Assembly (NCBI GenBank): GCA_011109175.1
Contig: RDEW01000042.1
Coordinates: 378,504 to 442,503 of the forward strand
Origin: Dicyema japonicum
Taxonomy: Eukaryota > Animalia > Dicyemida
DNA length: 64,000 nt
Direction: 5' to 3'
The position numbers and the translations under genes are program-made. The number at the start of each line of letters is the position of its first letter. Within the stretch, counting starts at the first letter, position 1. Below the pieces are notes generated by a model, which did no database searches, had not been told where the DNA came from, and worked only from the letters and a program-made list of their open reading frames with translations. Positions 48,991 through 63,429 of this stretch are shown here, one piece after another.

Positions 48991-51059
48991 TTTGAAGTAT
49001 GATGATATCTATTTCTTTTTCTAACAAGAGTACTGCAGGGTAAATGAAATTATTTTTTTAGACAAGAGTACTGCAAGTTAATTTAATTGGTCTTATTTAA
49101 AAGGATTAGACGTGAAGTTAACACAAAACAGTATTAAGTAGAAAGTCTGAATATGATGGGAGAATCTTTTGCCTTCTATAAAATCAAATAGATGATATTG
49201 TTCTAAGTAAAGAATGACCAACATTTGCTCTCTCGAATTGATTTCATGTGAAATATTAAAAAATCGAATTAGGTAATCAATTAATGACAAAATAATTTTT
49301 TGTGCGATTTATGCTACGTATCTATCAGGACTGAAAGATTTTCAATCTCCGATGATCTTTTTACTTGAAATAAAAAAAAGGTTATATTTCTCTTTGACCG
49401 TAAAATTAGGTCAACCGTTAATGTAATTTTAAATATACATTTGATGACTATAGATGCTATTAGCATCCTTAATATTAATCGCGACAAATGTGGATGCCAT
49501 TAGTTTATTTTGACTTTACCACTTTCTTATTTCAGGATCTGTGGACGATTAGAAGGATATTTTCTGAATGATCTAAATGACCGAATTAATCTGAAATCAC
49601 ATTAAGATATGTTTTGAAAAAGAAAGAGTTCCTTGAGAGGAATATGATGCTGGAGGTCGGCTTCAAGACGACTAGAAATTATTCAACAAATGGTTGGTTG
49701 AATGTATATCAATGTGGTAAAATTGGCAACGTTCTGACAAAGAAGCAGTGAGAATAGCTGCCTCGCTCCGTTTTGACCTTAATTTTGTGTTAATGAAAAT
49801 GCAGTTTTTTCACAAAGATTTCATCCCAGTCCGTAGGGACATAAAGTTATTCGTAACATCATGCCCGTATGTTATCCATTGCCACACAACTGTGTTAAGC
49901 TTAGGGGTCAGAATCAATTTGGTGCAAGAACATGTGATTGACTCTGCCAAGGAGGGAAACTTACATGGGTCGACAGATATCAGAGAATCGTCAAATCGAC
50001 AGAAGACCTCAAACCTATTCCCTCAAACCTGATGGGAATCTTTCTAGATACTAGCCAATGCTATCAAATTAGATTTTGAAACTTTCTTCAGTTGTTCTAG
50101 TAAGTTTTACCAAAGATTTGTGGAAACAACTGGAACTTGATAGTGAGAAAAGTTATCTAGGAAACAAAATGTTATTATTCATTAAAAAAACTATGCACTA
50201 CATGAAAATTAAGTTTTCTTTTCTCTAACAAATTAGTTCTGTCTTCTACAGGACAATGTCTGACACAAGGGAATAGCGATTTCTAGAGGGTAGATAATCG
50301 TGCATTTTACCCAATCGTTACATTGTCTAAGAACCATATATTTAGCGGTCATTGATAAGGGAAAGAGGTCCAAGGGAGTCACCTTGCTGCACACCAGTGA
50401 AGAGTCAACAATGTGATCTCATAGATAACCGAACTCTTCATTCTCATTTTAGTAAATTCAGGCGCTAGTTTGCGCTCTTTAAAAAATATATGGAGGTAGT
50501 AAATAAGCATGCTGAAATTATGTGGGCCTTACTGCAGTGAGTGACATTAACGCCTAGCTGGATTGGAGACATAAATATTACTTGGGAGATATTGCAATCG
50601 ACGCACTAACTATTCAATTCCTTCGTCAAAAGTTGGAGAGCATGTTGTTGGAAATATATACAGAATATGCACTAGGAGTTCGTTGTTTACAAAACCAATC
50701 ACCTGGTAGAATTACCAACTCAGTTCGATGACGTGCCAGGCGATCCTGTTAAGGAGAAAACAAAAGGGTTTCAGGTCAACGACTCCTCTTCTAAAGAAGC
50801 GAGGTTTCTAAGTGAGCAGTAATATTCGCTTAATTTGATTTTCCCTAAAAAATAAAAGTTAGTCGTTGCTGAAATATCAAGGTCTTTTACATACTTAATC
50901 GAAATGTTAATATTGACCAACGGTATTTTTATGGCTTAAATTTATGTTTTCCGCATGAGAGTAGTTCTTGTTAAATGAAGAGAATGGGGTTCCAGAAAAT
51001 TAGACACAGACATGTCATTAAATCAGTTTATTATGCTTAATTTTAAGTAAAGTTGTCCA

Positions 51060-51330
51060 GGCATTGAGCAAGCAATGGGAGTTACCTCTCATAATCGCGA
51101 TCCCACTTTGTTGGAAAAGCCAAAGCGTAATTCACCCTTCATCGCATGCCGTCCGATTAAAGTGATAAACTCAGATGCGCTCTGGCCAATAATGCCAGAC
51201 GTCTCAACCGAGATCGGCTGGAAAACGAACCAGCCCACGATGAAATGTTGCTTCTTCCATATCAATTTTGCTGCGGAACCCACGCTCAACGGTGACTTGA
51301 ACAATTTCCTATTAGAGAAAGTGTCAGTGT
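51060..51330 (-). mobile_element. CRE-like RLE 3' fragment
   Basis: FVFQPISVETSGIIGQSASEFITLIG...SRL. Confidence 0.7.
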
Positions 51331-52459
51331 ATGTTGAATCCCAAGCAAGACATTAAATAGGAATATAGATTAGAAAGTCCAAAACATTAAATAGGGATAT
51401 GGACATTAAAATTATTAAACCTAACATTCTTACTTTCTTCTGTGATGCTCAAAAGGATAAAAGAATTCGTCTATCCTCACTCAATATTTGTGCAAATAAC
51501 CCACAGACATGTTTGTTAAGCGTGTAAAAAAGATTAAAAGTCACATCCTGATGTGGAATTTCCATTTTGTGAAACAATCCATTCCCTGTGTGGAATTCAA
51601 CAAGCTGTTTCTTTATAAATACGCACTTAGACTGAATTGAATTTGCATCAGTCACACTTTCAAGATAAACTGAAGAACTGCTTTCGAGTCAGAAACTGTT
51701 TGAGACTCTTCATCTAAAATTTGTTCTCGTCCTCCTTGTACTTTTCCTCTATTCTTCATTTTCAATTAGGAAATCCCAATCAATAGCCTAAGAATAAAAG
51801 AATAATATACCTCAGGGAGCATGAAAATCTTAGAATATAGTTTCTCGTGCATAGCATACTCTGGATTATTTTGTTTAATCGTCATTACGGGGCTAGTAAC
51901 AAAATGGAGAAACGGTCATCCTGGTACACTATAATGACTACATTATCAACTTGAGGGACAGAACACAGCTGAAAATTATGTTATTAACAACCCACGAGTC
52001 CAATTGAGTGATTATTGAGAATCCGTTATGTAAATCTAGAGATTACGTAAAATGAGGTGACTCTGACCGTCTAAATCGATGCGAGTCATAAATTTATATA
52101 CTAGAAATAAGACAAGGATTACTTTAATTATCCTTGACAGAAGACTCTGACCATAATCTGATCAAAATAAGATCACCAGTTGGGGTTCGTACATAAGTCT
52201 AGTAAACACCAAATTATATAGCTGAAACCTATAAAGTCCTATATTACCTGATTTTAACAAACAAGAGGATTCTAGCGTTGAGGTACCGAATGAAGCAGCT
52301 TTGTAGAGTATCTCTCTCTATACTACACACAGTCTTTCCCTTTCAATAAAATGATCAAAAACCTTAAACTAATCCAAAAATCCCAAGGGATTTGAAATCC
52401 ATGAATAAAATCATTCGATGTGAGTTTTGGTGATATGAAAGCGAAAAGCCTTTGGTACA

Positions 52460-52640
52460 ACAAATCACCTATTGGACCAAAGAGGATCTATTATATTAGA
52501 CAACATAGACGACTTGGTAATCCTCAACAACAGGAATAAACACACAAGAATTCCTTCAAGAAATATTGACTCTCCAACCATACCTAGGTTGAATGTAGTG
52601 CAAACCTTGGCATCAGATCTTCTGCAGACGTTGCACTCAT
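52460..52640 (+). mobile_element. LINE APE fragment
   Basis: DQRGSIILDNIDDLVILNN...HTRIPS...TLASD. Confidence 0.5.
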
Positions 52641-53499
52641 TGGTGTTCTTTCTTTATGTGCTTCATGTGTTTGCCGAACGTCAGAGTTAATCATCACTTG
52701 GAGATTTTTGAAAAATCTTTGCCAGAAACCGAATTGCATGGGAGAGGTTAGGTAATTGTTCCCCAACGGACAAGAGGTCTAAAAAGAAATAACAATTTCT
52801 TCACAATCTCTGGAGCTCATGAAAAAATTCGAACCGCCATCGCCTGGGCTTGTTTTTGTTCGACATGCATGTAGGATTGTGGTTTGACTGAATCCATGCC
52901 CAATCTTTGGCGTTGGGATTTTGATAGATAATGAGAACTTTGGCATTGGTTTTCATATCTCATTAATTGAATATTTATGAGGCCCATCTATGCTGATTAA
53001 CAAGAATGATTAATAAAAATGGATCCAACCCCTTTTTCTCAAAGAAGACCCCATAAAAATTGTTAGTCATAAAAGATATTATTATACGTGGTCTGGAAGC
53101 TGATGGTGCCTCCATCATTGAAGCTGTGGGAATTTATCGAAGAAATGGAAAAGACCAGACTGGAAGACTGTTTGCCAAAATACGTTGGATTATCTTGTGT
53201 GATACTTTTTCTCTGGCATTCAAAAGGAGTAAAATTGTCTTCATTGCAGTGATAGAAAATTTCACTTACTGTCGACGAGTTCTGGAATCGACTTTCTTCT
53301 CTGAGAAGGTTCTTCAGATTCTGTTCATTGTAAAAGATCTGCCGGAACGCGTCAGGATCAATGAATTATTTAGTTAGTTTAACACTTGTTTCTTAAAATA
53401 ATTTTATTTATTTATTGTTAATTGGGGCTTCTAAATTTCTTTGAGTCTGATTCACTTTAATTATAAGAAACACGACTCTGTCGATAGACGGAGGCTAAT

Positions 53500-54000
53500 A
53501 CTGGTTTTGGAAAGTTTCCTAGACTCTTCAACTGTTAGAATGGCCACCACCCTCCTAGCTGATACTTGGCTCACTGTAAGAGTCGGGGGAGCCTTGTCTC
53601 GCCGATTTGAGACGACTGTTGGCACTCCACAGGGAGACCCATTATCACCTATACTTTTGTCATATACCTTGAAGCTGCTTTACGGGAGTCAAAACCGATA
53701 ATGGGTGAAAAGACAAACATTATTGCGTATGCTGACGACGTAGACTTTACTTCAAATGACAAAATACCGCTCACCCGCTTGATGGAAGAAGTGTCTGGAA
53801 GACTAGCCGAATGGTTCCTAACAGTAAATCCGGACAAGACTGACGTAACTGAACTCAAGAGGGAAGAAACAAGGACGGAAGAGTACTGGCGCAAATGCAA
53901 AAAGCTTGGCTCCCTCCTAGGAGACCATGAAGAAATTACGAGAAGGAAAACCCTAGCACAAACTGGTTGCGCGCTGCGGCTTTGAATAGGAGGAAGTGGA
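53500..54000 (+). mobile_element. RTE-like RT fragment (domains 4-7)
   Basis: FETTVGTPQGDPLSPILL; IIAYADDVDF; LTVNPDKT; CKKLGSLLG. Confidence 0.85.
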
Positions 54001-54439
54001 TGAAACTAACCATTGATTTGCTAACTCGTGTTGCACATGCTTTGTCAAGTCCTATGACATAGCGATAAGTGCTTATAATAATAATAATAATAAACACATG
54101 GCTATTCTCGCAATTAATTTCGACGAGGACTATATTAATTTGAAAGCATATATGCGATTTGCTAAAACTGATCTTTTTTAAATTCTAAATCCTGAAAAAA
54201 CTGACTTTAATATAGAAGAGATAAATGTTAATTATAATTATATATACTAAGGCTAATCATGACCTGCAAGTATTAAGTGGATTGCCCATCATGATCGCGA
54301 TCCCAATGTGCTGGAAGAGCCAACGTGTCATTCTAGGATTTTTCTTTTTAGTCCTGCAAGTCAGTCGATAAACTTTTCCGTTGTGGAGCAAGCATATTGA
54401 AGAATACATTTGTTTATATTGGAAGCAGATAACTGACCC

Positions 54440-54580
54440 CGTTGAACCGTATTAGATCGCCTATTGCAAGGAAGAAAGATATAAGAGAGAAGAATTGGCG
54501 TTTTGACTGCATTTCCTTACAAATCGTCAAGGGAAATGGGTTTTCATTTCTAAGAGCGGAGTGCCTCAACTGAAAGGAAC
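54440..54580 (+). mobile_element. CRE-like 3' end
   Basis: CISLQIVKGNGFSFL..LN*, same subfamily as 16571-16700. Confidence 0.6.
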
Positions 54581-54879
54581 TACAAAAATTTGTTTGTTTT
54601 TAAATAATAAAGTTTATTAAAATTAAAAATGTTTGATTATTAAAATTTTAATTAAATACGATTCATTCTAAGGTATGAAATTTATAATTGGATAACAAAA
54701 ATGATGAAATTGAGAATATTTAATATTAAATGCAGTTATTACTAACAATTTCTTGCATTAATGGACGTCTGGAAATCAGAAGTTGAGATTCAGTAAAATT
54801 CTTGTTTGAGAAAAATAAAATTGAATTCTAAATTAGTACTTTCATACTGAAAAGTCTCTCCCGGCCTATTTTACTCAAA

Positions 54880-55150
54880 AACTTCACTAAAACGTATTCC
54901 CCCACGAATGTTTATAAACATTTTGTCTTCCCGACGCTCGACTGGGTGATTTGAAGGCTATTAGTAGCTGCGATTAACCATTTGACTCCGTGATGGCCAA
55001 AATCTGCATAAATCCATATATCTAGAAACACGTGGGCTGCAAGTACATCAGTCTGCCATTAGGATTGTGATGAATCAAATGAAACATAGTTAATCTCAAA
55101 ATTGAGTGTTATCCAGAATATTCCATGAAAAACTGTCCAGAGTGTTCAAC
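54880..55150 (-). mobile_element. Degraded LINE RT fragment (domains 2-3)
   Basis: AAHVFLDI...D..HHG resembles VFLDI.KAFD.V.H.G. Confidence 0.4.
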
Positions 55151-56459
55151 CTATTTTGTTGATAGAATACTATTCAACAATTACTCATATTTTACCATGA
55201 CAAGAATTTCTACAAATTCACTACGATTGTTATAATAATAATGTAAATATACAACAATATTTTAATTCTCATGATTGGAAAAATGGGTGAATTAACGGCC
55301 ATTAAAGAAAATTGTGTAATTAATATTATCGAAATATTACGTAATGTGTCACTATGGCTTCTACGAGTGAGAGGTTCTACACATTTTGAATACATCAATT
55401 TTCATTAAAGAATATGTCGATAGTCATCTTAAAAACATGCTGTCTTATAATTTTGATGTTAAATCATGAATTGTGCATTGAGTAGGCTGGTTTTGTTATT
55501 AGGCTGGTTATGAAAATGTTTGTTATTAGAAAAGTACTGTGAGTAGTTTTGAAATTGTTTATTTACTTATGATTATGTCTGAAAACAGTCCTCATACTGA
55601 TTCTCTGTTTCCGTTTGAAATTTTTGAAATAGTAAGAAAAACGAGTTTATTGATAGGCAATCGATCATTGGAACGTCAGCTTTATATTAAATGTTGCGCA
55701 ACTTTAAATGAGATTACATAATTAAACAGTCAATAATTCAATTTAGATCAATTTAGAGGTTCCACTGGAATTTGTGCACGTGAGAGCTAGAGGTTTACGA
55801 GATTATTGAAGAGGGACCAAGACTTTCGTCTTATCGAACCAGTAGTCTCCAATCTTCGCATGCAACTTGGACAAAGTTCTACTGAGAGATAACCTTTGTC
55901 TGTTCAAGAAATATCAATCTAACAATCCCTTTGCTTTCCGATAGGCAATGATACTCAGTCGAGTCTCTCGAGAGTTATATTGACACAGTAGGTGTTTGAG
56001 TTAAATTTGATGACTTTTTATAGTTTCAGAAATTTCATGTATAGAATCTCCCGATTCAATCATATCACTCATGTATGTAAGAAAAATGGAGACGATGTCT
56101 ATTTACGTGAGTCGATGAACGCATTCGGTGATCTCTGCATTCTGTCATCCTTCTGACAAGACGATTTATTAGTGTCTCTTCAGATTCCACCGAATACATT
56201 TTTAGTCTGTTTTTTAATAAAATGTATGGCTAAACAATTTACTTTGCTAATAGTTCAAAAAATTCATTATTCTTGCTGGCTCTTTCCGTCAAACATGTTC
56301 TGGGTGAAGATTCTGCTGGAACGTTACATAATCAAGGTATCAGTTATTCGGTTTAACCATTGGTCATTGGAATAAACTTATTCTTGTTTAATCCAAAGAA
56401 AAGAAACCTAAGGTTAAACGTCTGCTCGTCTGTGCCAACCAAATCCAATCTCCAATGAT

Positions 56460-57010
56460 AAATTACAGGCTTCCGCTTAAAAAGAGAGATGGAGGAGTAT
56501 TCCGCCGTCTTTTATTTTCGTCGCACGTCCTACCTTCGCAGAGATCATTTCATTTTTTAGTGGAAAGGTTTTCATAATGTAAAGTCGTCGCCAGTGGATT
56601 TTGCAAGGGAGAAAATAGGAGGATCCCTTTAAACAACTATGTCGTGGCAGAAGACACATGCCTAACTGGTGGAATATGTTTGACGGGAATCGACCATAGC
56701 TGTAAACACTATCTCTCTCATTCTAACCCACGATAAGACGTTGTGCTCAGCTAAAAATGTCATATTTTATTATGTAAAATTTTTTTAACAAATTCTATTT
56801 ATTAAAAAAATTAGATAATTAAGCTTTGCGACCGAATCAACGGGAGCCGTTTGTCGAATGACAGGTAAGTTCTTGCGAGAACTCGGAGGATTGCTTTCCA
56901 GAAAGAAAAGGGATCAACGAGAAGGGTTTTGGCTAAGACAAAAGATTGGAATAGGCATACTCCGAGGGAACTCATTCGCAATCCACGCAGCGGGCTTCCT
57001 CAACTGACAT
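56460..57010 (+). mobile_element. CRE-like fragment, internally deleted, including the 3' end
   Basis: LPL...GG; FATESTGAV...FLRELGG...FWLRQKIGIGILRGN...LN*. Confidence 0.7.
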
Positions 57011-57169
57011 TTGTTTAATTGTTAAAAAATTATTTTGTTTAAAAAAAAGCTTTAGCAGAGAGGATTGCGTATAAGTTTCACGTAATACGGCAATCCCGAT
57101 ACGTTACCTTAGCCAGAACGATTTTTTTTCCGGCTCTCTATTCTCCATCCTATTTCTTTCGATAAGCAG

Positions 57170-57500
57170 CAGTGAGAGATCCTACAGCTCTAGACGTTTC
57201 TATAAAAATTGGTGTGAATCGGTATCAGTCTCCAATATTCGAGTACCTCTGGATCTTGGCCGATTCTGATGAGTTGGGCGCAGATCCAGATTTCCCAATG
57301 ATTTTCTGTGTGAATATGGGAAAAGAGTCGTTCCATCTGCCTCTTGTCATCTCCACAATCCAGTCCAACAGGATCAAGTTGAACTGGGAAGCCTGCAGCT
57401 TCGAAAATGCGCAGAATAACATTATACAATTCGGTGTGACGAGGTGAGACAATTGATGTTCACCTTTGGTGTCATCTGTGTCAACACAACGGCATCTATG
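57170..57500 (-). mobile_element. CRE-like RLE fragment
   Basis: YNVILRIFEAAGFPVQLDPVGLDCGDDKR. Confidence 0.75.
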
Positions 57501-57649
57501 TTTCTAGCAGACCTTAAGTCTACATTGTTTGCTACTCCGATCTTTACACAAAAAAATATTTATATTTGTTAAATAAACTGTTTTTTATTGTTAATTAAAT
57601 GATATTTTTTTTTGAAAGTTAATTAAAAATATCAGAATGACGTTTACCT

Positions 57650-58260
57650 CAGCACGATTAAAATTACGAGCAACACTAGAATAACATTGTATTTCTTCCC
57701 GCTTCCCATTAAGAAGACCCTTTTAATCATTGGAGTCATCCTGGATCCAATACTCACATTTACCCATCAAGTGACCTAGTAAACGCGAGGATCCAAAAGA
57801 AAATTTGAATTCTCAAGGCTTTCACTCACTCTCCAGTATCTTCCCGCCCATCAATAGAGCTTCTATACAAACAATTCGTTCTACCTACTATCGAGTACCC
57901 ATTTGTTGTATGGATTGTCCCCTTATAAATATCGGCACAGAGCAAGCTGGAGGTTTTACAAAATCGATGTCTCAGGATTCTATTAGATCGTCGAAAAAGA
58001 CGTCCACCTCGTTACTGCGGAGAACACTGAACGTCCCCCAATCATGGAATACCTTACGGAACCAATCCGGGTCTTCCTCAAGATGGCAAAGTCCCCTGAC
58101 CATCCCTCGGACCGCGCTTCAGACTACTGCCCGAGATATGAGAAAAAACCTTTTCCGCTGTGGAGATTACCCTTCTCAGGATAAAGGACTGGTATGGACA
58201 CCGAGATAACTTAATTAGACGATAACTTTTCCTCTTTCTCATGATTTTGGGTTAATAAAA
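57650..58260 (+). mobile_element. LINE family B 3' part
   Basis: GVILDPILTFTHQV...LLYKQFVLPTIEY; the 3' end is shared with 2530-2680. Confidence 0.7.
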
Positions 58261-58509
58261 TAAATAATATCAGAAATAAATGAACAAGTTATTTTCCCTT
58301 TTTAACATATTCTCATCTTACACCGGATGCATCTATTCTAACAGGAATTATCGGAATGAAATCGTTAATTTCCACTATCAGCTGGGGCTCAGAGTATTCA
58401 TTAGAAGTGTGATTAGTCTTGGCACGATGATACTGCTTCATTCGTTCCTCTTAGGCAGTGAGTATTCTGGGAATCTTCCAAGAAAGTATTTTATATTTAT
58501 GCTCCATAC

Positions 58510-58779
58510 CAGTGGTTTCAACCTGGGGTCCGCGAGATACTTCTGAACCTTTATTTTTCAGAGTATGTTTGTCGACAACCGAGACTCAAATTGAAAAAAA
58601 TTGCCTCAAGAAAACAACATTAACCTACTCATTAATTTTATTTCCTTTTTAATAACAAAATGTGTTTTTAGAAAAGTAATAATATTTTGACAAAAAACTT
58701 GCAAAAGAATGTTGGGGGTCCGTGACTTTTTTTATTCACTCACAAGGGGTCCGCGACCAAAAAAAGTTGAAAACCACTG
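58510..58779. mobile_element. hAT (Charlie/Buster-like) MITE, 270 bp
   Basis: Ends CAGTGGTTTCAAC / GTTGAAAACCACTG; internal GGGGTCCGC/GGGGTCCGT x3; flanks CTCCATAC vs CTATATAC (6/8 match, decayed 8-bp TSD). Confidence 0.8.
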
Positions 58780-59089
58780 CTATATACGCATACTCTCGAA
58801 GGTTTTCTTGATGACCGTTGATTGGATAAATGCTCATGTTGACGCTTTCATCTTCAAAGAAATGTGATGGCGTTTGTGAAGTGTGAACCTTGAATAATAC
58901 GATCGCTCTTCCAGCACATTGTGCTCGGGATTATGAAAGGTAACTCCCATTGCTTGCTTAATACCTCCAGGCCAAAATGGAGATTTGGTCAAATAAACTA
59001 ACTTGATTTTTATTTTAAGTTCATTAACTTATTTTTAAAAAACCCCCAACAGAGTAATATTATTATTAATCTGAAATCCGTCACTTCTG

Positions 59090-59400
59090 CATAACCCGAC
59101 CGGTTCAAGAATGGCTGAATATTCAGCAGCATCCACAACCCGCTTGACAATCTCATTCAGAGCCATGTGCCTTGGAGATCTGCCAGCGCTCCTTTTGAAG
59201 GCGAGAGGGTGCAGGCCATAACAGTTTATCAGTTATGTCACATCGGCACGGGTGAGGTACACATACTTTCAGTCCTAGCCGCAGAGAGATGCCACTTTTA
59301 ACACATTCATTATCTAGAAAAATGCCAGAGCTCTATTTGGGATGGCGTTTAGCCAAGCTCCGCTCTCAGGGGAAGACATTTCATTAACCAGGAACACTGT
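59090..59400 (-). mobile_element. CRE-like zinc-knuckle/RLE fragment
   Basis: SGAWLNAIP...ISLRLGLKVCVPHPCRC...GLHPL...RHMALNEIV...ILEPVGL. Confidence 0.8.
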
Positions 59401-61113
59401 TGCTAGACAGATTAAGAAATGTCACTGGACAGAATCGCCAGAATAAATAATTTTAGGCAGTTTGAATGATCCAATCAAAACCGCGAGATATCGTTTGTTT
59501 CGGATTTGAGTTTTATAGGATATCGCAAAATTTTTTTGTCCTCTATAAAATAAAATCTGATGAAATACTTGAATATTAAATTGGATTCGGGCGCATGGTC
59601 TCAATCACTGTAATTTTAAAATTTTTTGCAGCCCGCGAACCAATTATTAATTATCTATTTGGCCAGCAGACGAAAAAGGTAGAGAACCACAATTCAGGAC
59701 TTATGCAGAAAAGTATTATCAATTTTGTGTATCACTAATAATCTGTGAGTTCAGCATGCTTTGGTGTGATCCCATTAAGGTTAGGTTGTAGGATTCAGAT
59801 TTTGCTCGGTCCAGGGATTGGATCATACAGAATACCTAACTGTATTTATATTACTTATTAAATTGATAACACAAATAAAGTTAAAATTAATTATTCTTCT
59901 TTTGATTGTGAAAATATCTTTAGACTAATTTTCTAGTCAATTCAACTGCAATTCTATAAACGAGGGGCGATTAATCCCTGAGAAGAATTTTTGAATTAAA
60001 GATTTTGATTCTTGTCTGATGACCCAAAAATCATTATAATAATTTTTTGTTAAAAATTAAATATTTAATTAATAATTAATTTAAATAATTTAAATAATAT
60101 TGCGTGCAACTTTATTGGTGTTACTATTTAAAATACAAAGGACCCTCTCAAACACCGGTGATTTCAATTTGGGATGGAATTTACTAACGGGATATGAAGC
60201 CATTTCGCTTATTAGAACACGTATAGGACACCATCCGCAATCACTAGGAATGGATGCATATTGATTTTTTCAATAACTAAAGCAAAATATAACAAAGGAT
60301 AAAAGTTAACTATACTAGTAAATGCCTTAAAATACTAAAACTATTTACGACTTTTGTATTCATATAAAGTTGGAAAAATTACCATCAATAATGTTTTTTA
60401 GTATATTTTAATTTATATAGGTAATTCTAATTCGATTTTTCAGATTCTGGTAATTCCCTGTCTGGAGTTGTTTATAAAACATATTCCCAATAAATAGCTA
60501 TTCCTCTCCCAAGTCTACAGCCCAGATCATCCAATCATAAACAAAAGTAAAATTATTATACAAGTGGCCTGTTTTGAGTGCTGTAGTCGATTCCTTTCAC
60601 CACAATTTGTTAAGAATAAAAAATTCGAACAATTTAATTATTGAATTGATATTTTAACATCGGTATTGTTTCGCTTATTTTGTAGACTGTAAAAAATGGT
60701 TGAAAATTTCGTTATTAAAGTGATATCTCATTTACTTGAGATTTCAAACGTTTAGGCTAAGTGCCTGCCTATCCATAAATTTTTGTTGATTTCTACAATG
60801 GGAAGGTCTGTTATTCTTAAAATTGGTTATTTTTTATCTGATATTTTAGAAAAACGACTTTATGTTGTTAATTGGAACTTTTTGTGAAGCATTTAATCAA
60901 TCAACCCTATTATAAAAGATTCGAAAACTCAAAAGACCATGTTTTTAATTTTAAAGTTTCTTGTAAAATGTTGATCCCCAATTAGGAGAATCAATTGGAA
61001 AAGGTTAAGTAAATATAATTTTATTAAAGCGGTTGCTTATTATCACAAGTAGCACAGAGCATTCTTCAGAGGAATGTGTCGCTAGTGCTCTTCTCTGTAT
61101 GGTTGAAATCATC

Positions 61114-61977
61114 TATACCATTTCAGGTTTAAAGTGGGTCTTACCAAAAGCAAAGTGGTACTTACCAAAAGCAAAGTGGTACTTACCAAAAGCAAAGTGG
61201 AACTTACCAAAAGCAAAGTGGAACTTACCAAAAGCAAAGTGGAACTTACCAAAAGCAAAGTGGTACTTACCATAAGCAAAGTGGTACTTGTAGGATATAG
61301 ACGCGTAATATTTTATCAGTGTGTCTGGTTTTATGTAGAGTCGATTTTCTCTCTGGGTGGATCTTTTGGTGTTTTAGATCCACATCCATACTCTCTGCAT
61401 TGGGGGGTTTTTGTAGAGAGCCTTCGATAGTCTCGTCCATCTATTTGCATTTTCTGTCTTTATGTTGTTGTCGATCTCTGTGTTCTGCTCTCGTATTTTC
61501 CTGATGTTCTTTTCTGTTGGCGATTTTACCATCTTTAGATTATTTCGTTCTCTGATCAGATGTTTCGTCGTTGTGTTGAATGTACTTCTTTTTCGCAGCG
61601 TTTATAATGGAGTTGAACCATTTCACTAATTGTTCGACGGAGGGAAAAGTGAGGAAATTTAATAGTCCAATACAATTATCGACGTATTCTTTGAATCCTC
61701 TCCAATTCGCAAGGCTGAGTTTGTTATCGTTGGGTATTGTCCTTTTATCCGTGACCTCGTTTTGAACTCCAAAAATATTGGATTGTGGTCACTCCTGGGG
61801 TCATACTTCACTGACCAGTCAATAAGAGGGGCCACTGATAAAATATTACGCGTCTATATCCTACAAGTACTACTTTGCTTTTGGTAAGACCCACTTTGCT
61901 TTTGGTAAGTACCACTTTGCTTTTGGTAAGACCCACTTTGCTTTTGGTAAGACCCACTTTAAACCTGAAATGGTATA
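61114..61977. mobile_element. Non-autonomous foldback element: TIRs with 21-bp tandem repeats (7 left, 4 right) enclosing 511 bp of LINE ORF2
   Basis: TATACCATTTCAGGTTTAAAGTGGGTC... / ...GACCCACTTTAAACCTGAAATGGTATA; unit CTTACCAAAAGCAAAGTGGWA; inner TIR ends at 61321 and 61833; cargo on the minus strand reads YDPRSDHNPIFLEF...NWRGFKEYVD. Confidence 0.9.
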
Positions 61978-62114
61978 GTCTGCTGCGTACAGTTTGATTC
62001 AAATTTTAAATTCAACTATTTGAATTTTGTGGCTCGAGGAATCATATTCATTTTTATTGAATTTTATTCTAATCATGTTTTTATTTTGAATTTTATTTTA
62101 ATTAAAAATCCGTT

Positions 62115-62310
62115 TTGTACCGGTAGCAATTGAGACGTCTGGTGCGGCCGGAAGTATTACAGCCCCTTTTTTAAAGGAAATCGGGGGAAAATTTGCCCAC
62201 CGCAAGAAAGACGGGAAGCGGTCTGGCTGAGGCAAAGAATTGGTATCGCAGTTGTTCGCGGAAACGCTTACTCCGTGATGTCAGCAGCCGCTCTCCCCAT
62301 AGTTAATAAA
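62115..62310 (+). mobile_element. CRE-like 3' end, near-identical to 30040-30240
   Basis: gtaccggtagcaat.gagacgtctggtgcggc...ccccatagttaataaat is shared with only a few differences. Confidence 0.9.
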
Positions 62311-63429
62311 TAATATTTTATTGTTAATAAATTTTTGAAAAAAAAATTAAAAATCTGTTATTATCATTGCTTTATATGCCTTTAAAGGACTTACGGAATT
62401 TAGCTCAGTTTTTATCACTGTTTAACTTAAATTTTATTGAATGGTATTATGGTTTGTTTACAATTTAAACAGTCTACTTGGATTATAACTCTATGTATGA
62501 TTTTGAGCGATCTCATTAACTACTGGTCTTGAAGATTTAAAATTCAATATAAAATCAATTCATATTTAAAGTTTCTAAAAATACAACAACTTTGGTGATT
62601 TTCAAAGCAGTCGAGAATTCTGCGGCTTCTCTCCGTCAAATGGAAATCAAACTGCTCAAGTCTAAATTTTATTTTAGGAGCATTGTTGGTCATTTGAGAT
62701 TTTAAAATTGCACTTCAATTTCAACCAATCACGTGCTGAAACTATTTTGGATGAGTTAATTGTCACGTTTTTTATCAATGTGGACAGTTTTTGTTAATTT
62801 TGAATGTGAAAAAGTTATTTTTTTACTTATTCGTAGAAAAACGGTTTTTCTTTCAAATAGAACATACCTCAACTTTTAGATTGATTCAACGATTCTAATT
62901 CATGAAGTTATCAGAATCCAGTTTTGGTCGTTCTTTATGGAGGTGTTTTATCATCCCTAAATTTTACTTAGGTTTGGTCCTGGGCTCTTAATGACCGAGA
63001 AGTTACTGAAGGTAACTTGATTAGAATGTTTTACTTTTATAGTTTTTACATGTTTTACAAAATAATGGTTATGCAAGAAAGTAAGATATTCCTCATACTA
63101 TTCCTGCATCGTTACATATTATTGTTCTTCCTGGAGGAGACATCCATCAGATTGACTGTTTAGTAACCACTGGTGGGTTACTTCCTTGGAAAAATTTATC
63201 TTATAGATTTCACACTAGAAAGGAGAAAGTGAGAGTAAATCGAGTCTGTAGTTGTGTTTTCGCATGTAAAGGGGAACATTTTGATTTCGAATAACAATTA
63301 TTGTGGTTTGGAAACTTGTCTTATGCCTCGTTTTAACCAACTCTGGAACATCAAAAATATATAAGCATATGAAATAACCCCAGAATACAAATTGGATTTT
63401 TTCCAAGTTATTTCGACGACTAGGAAAGG

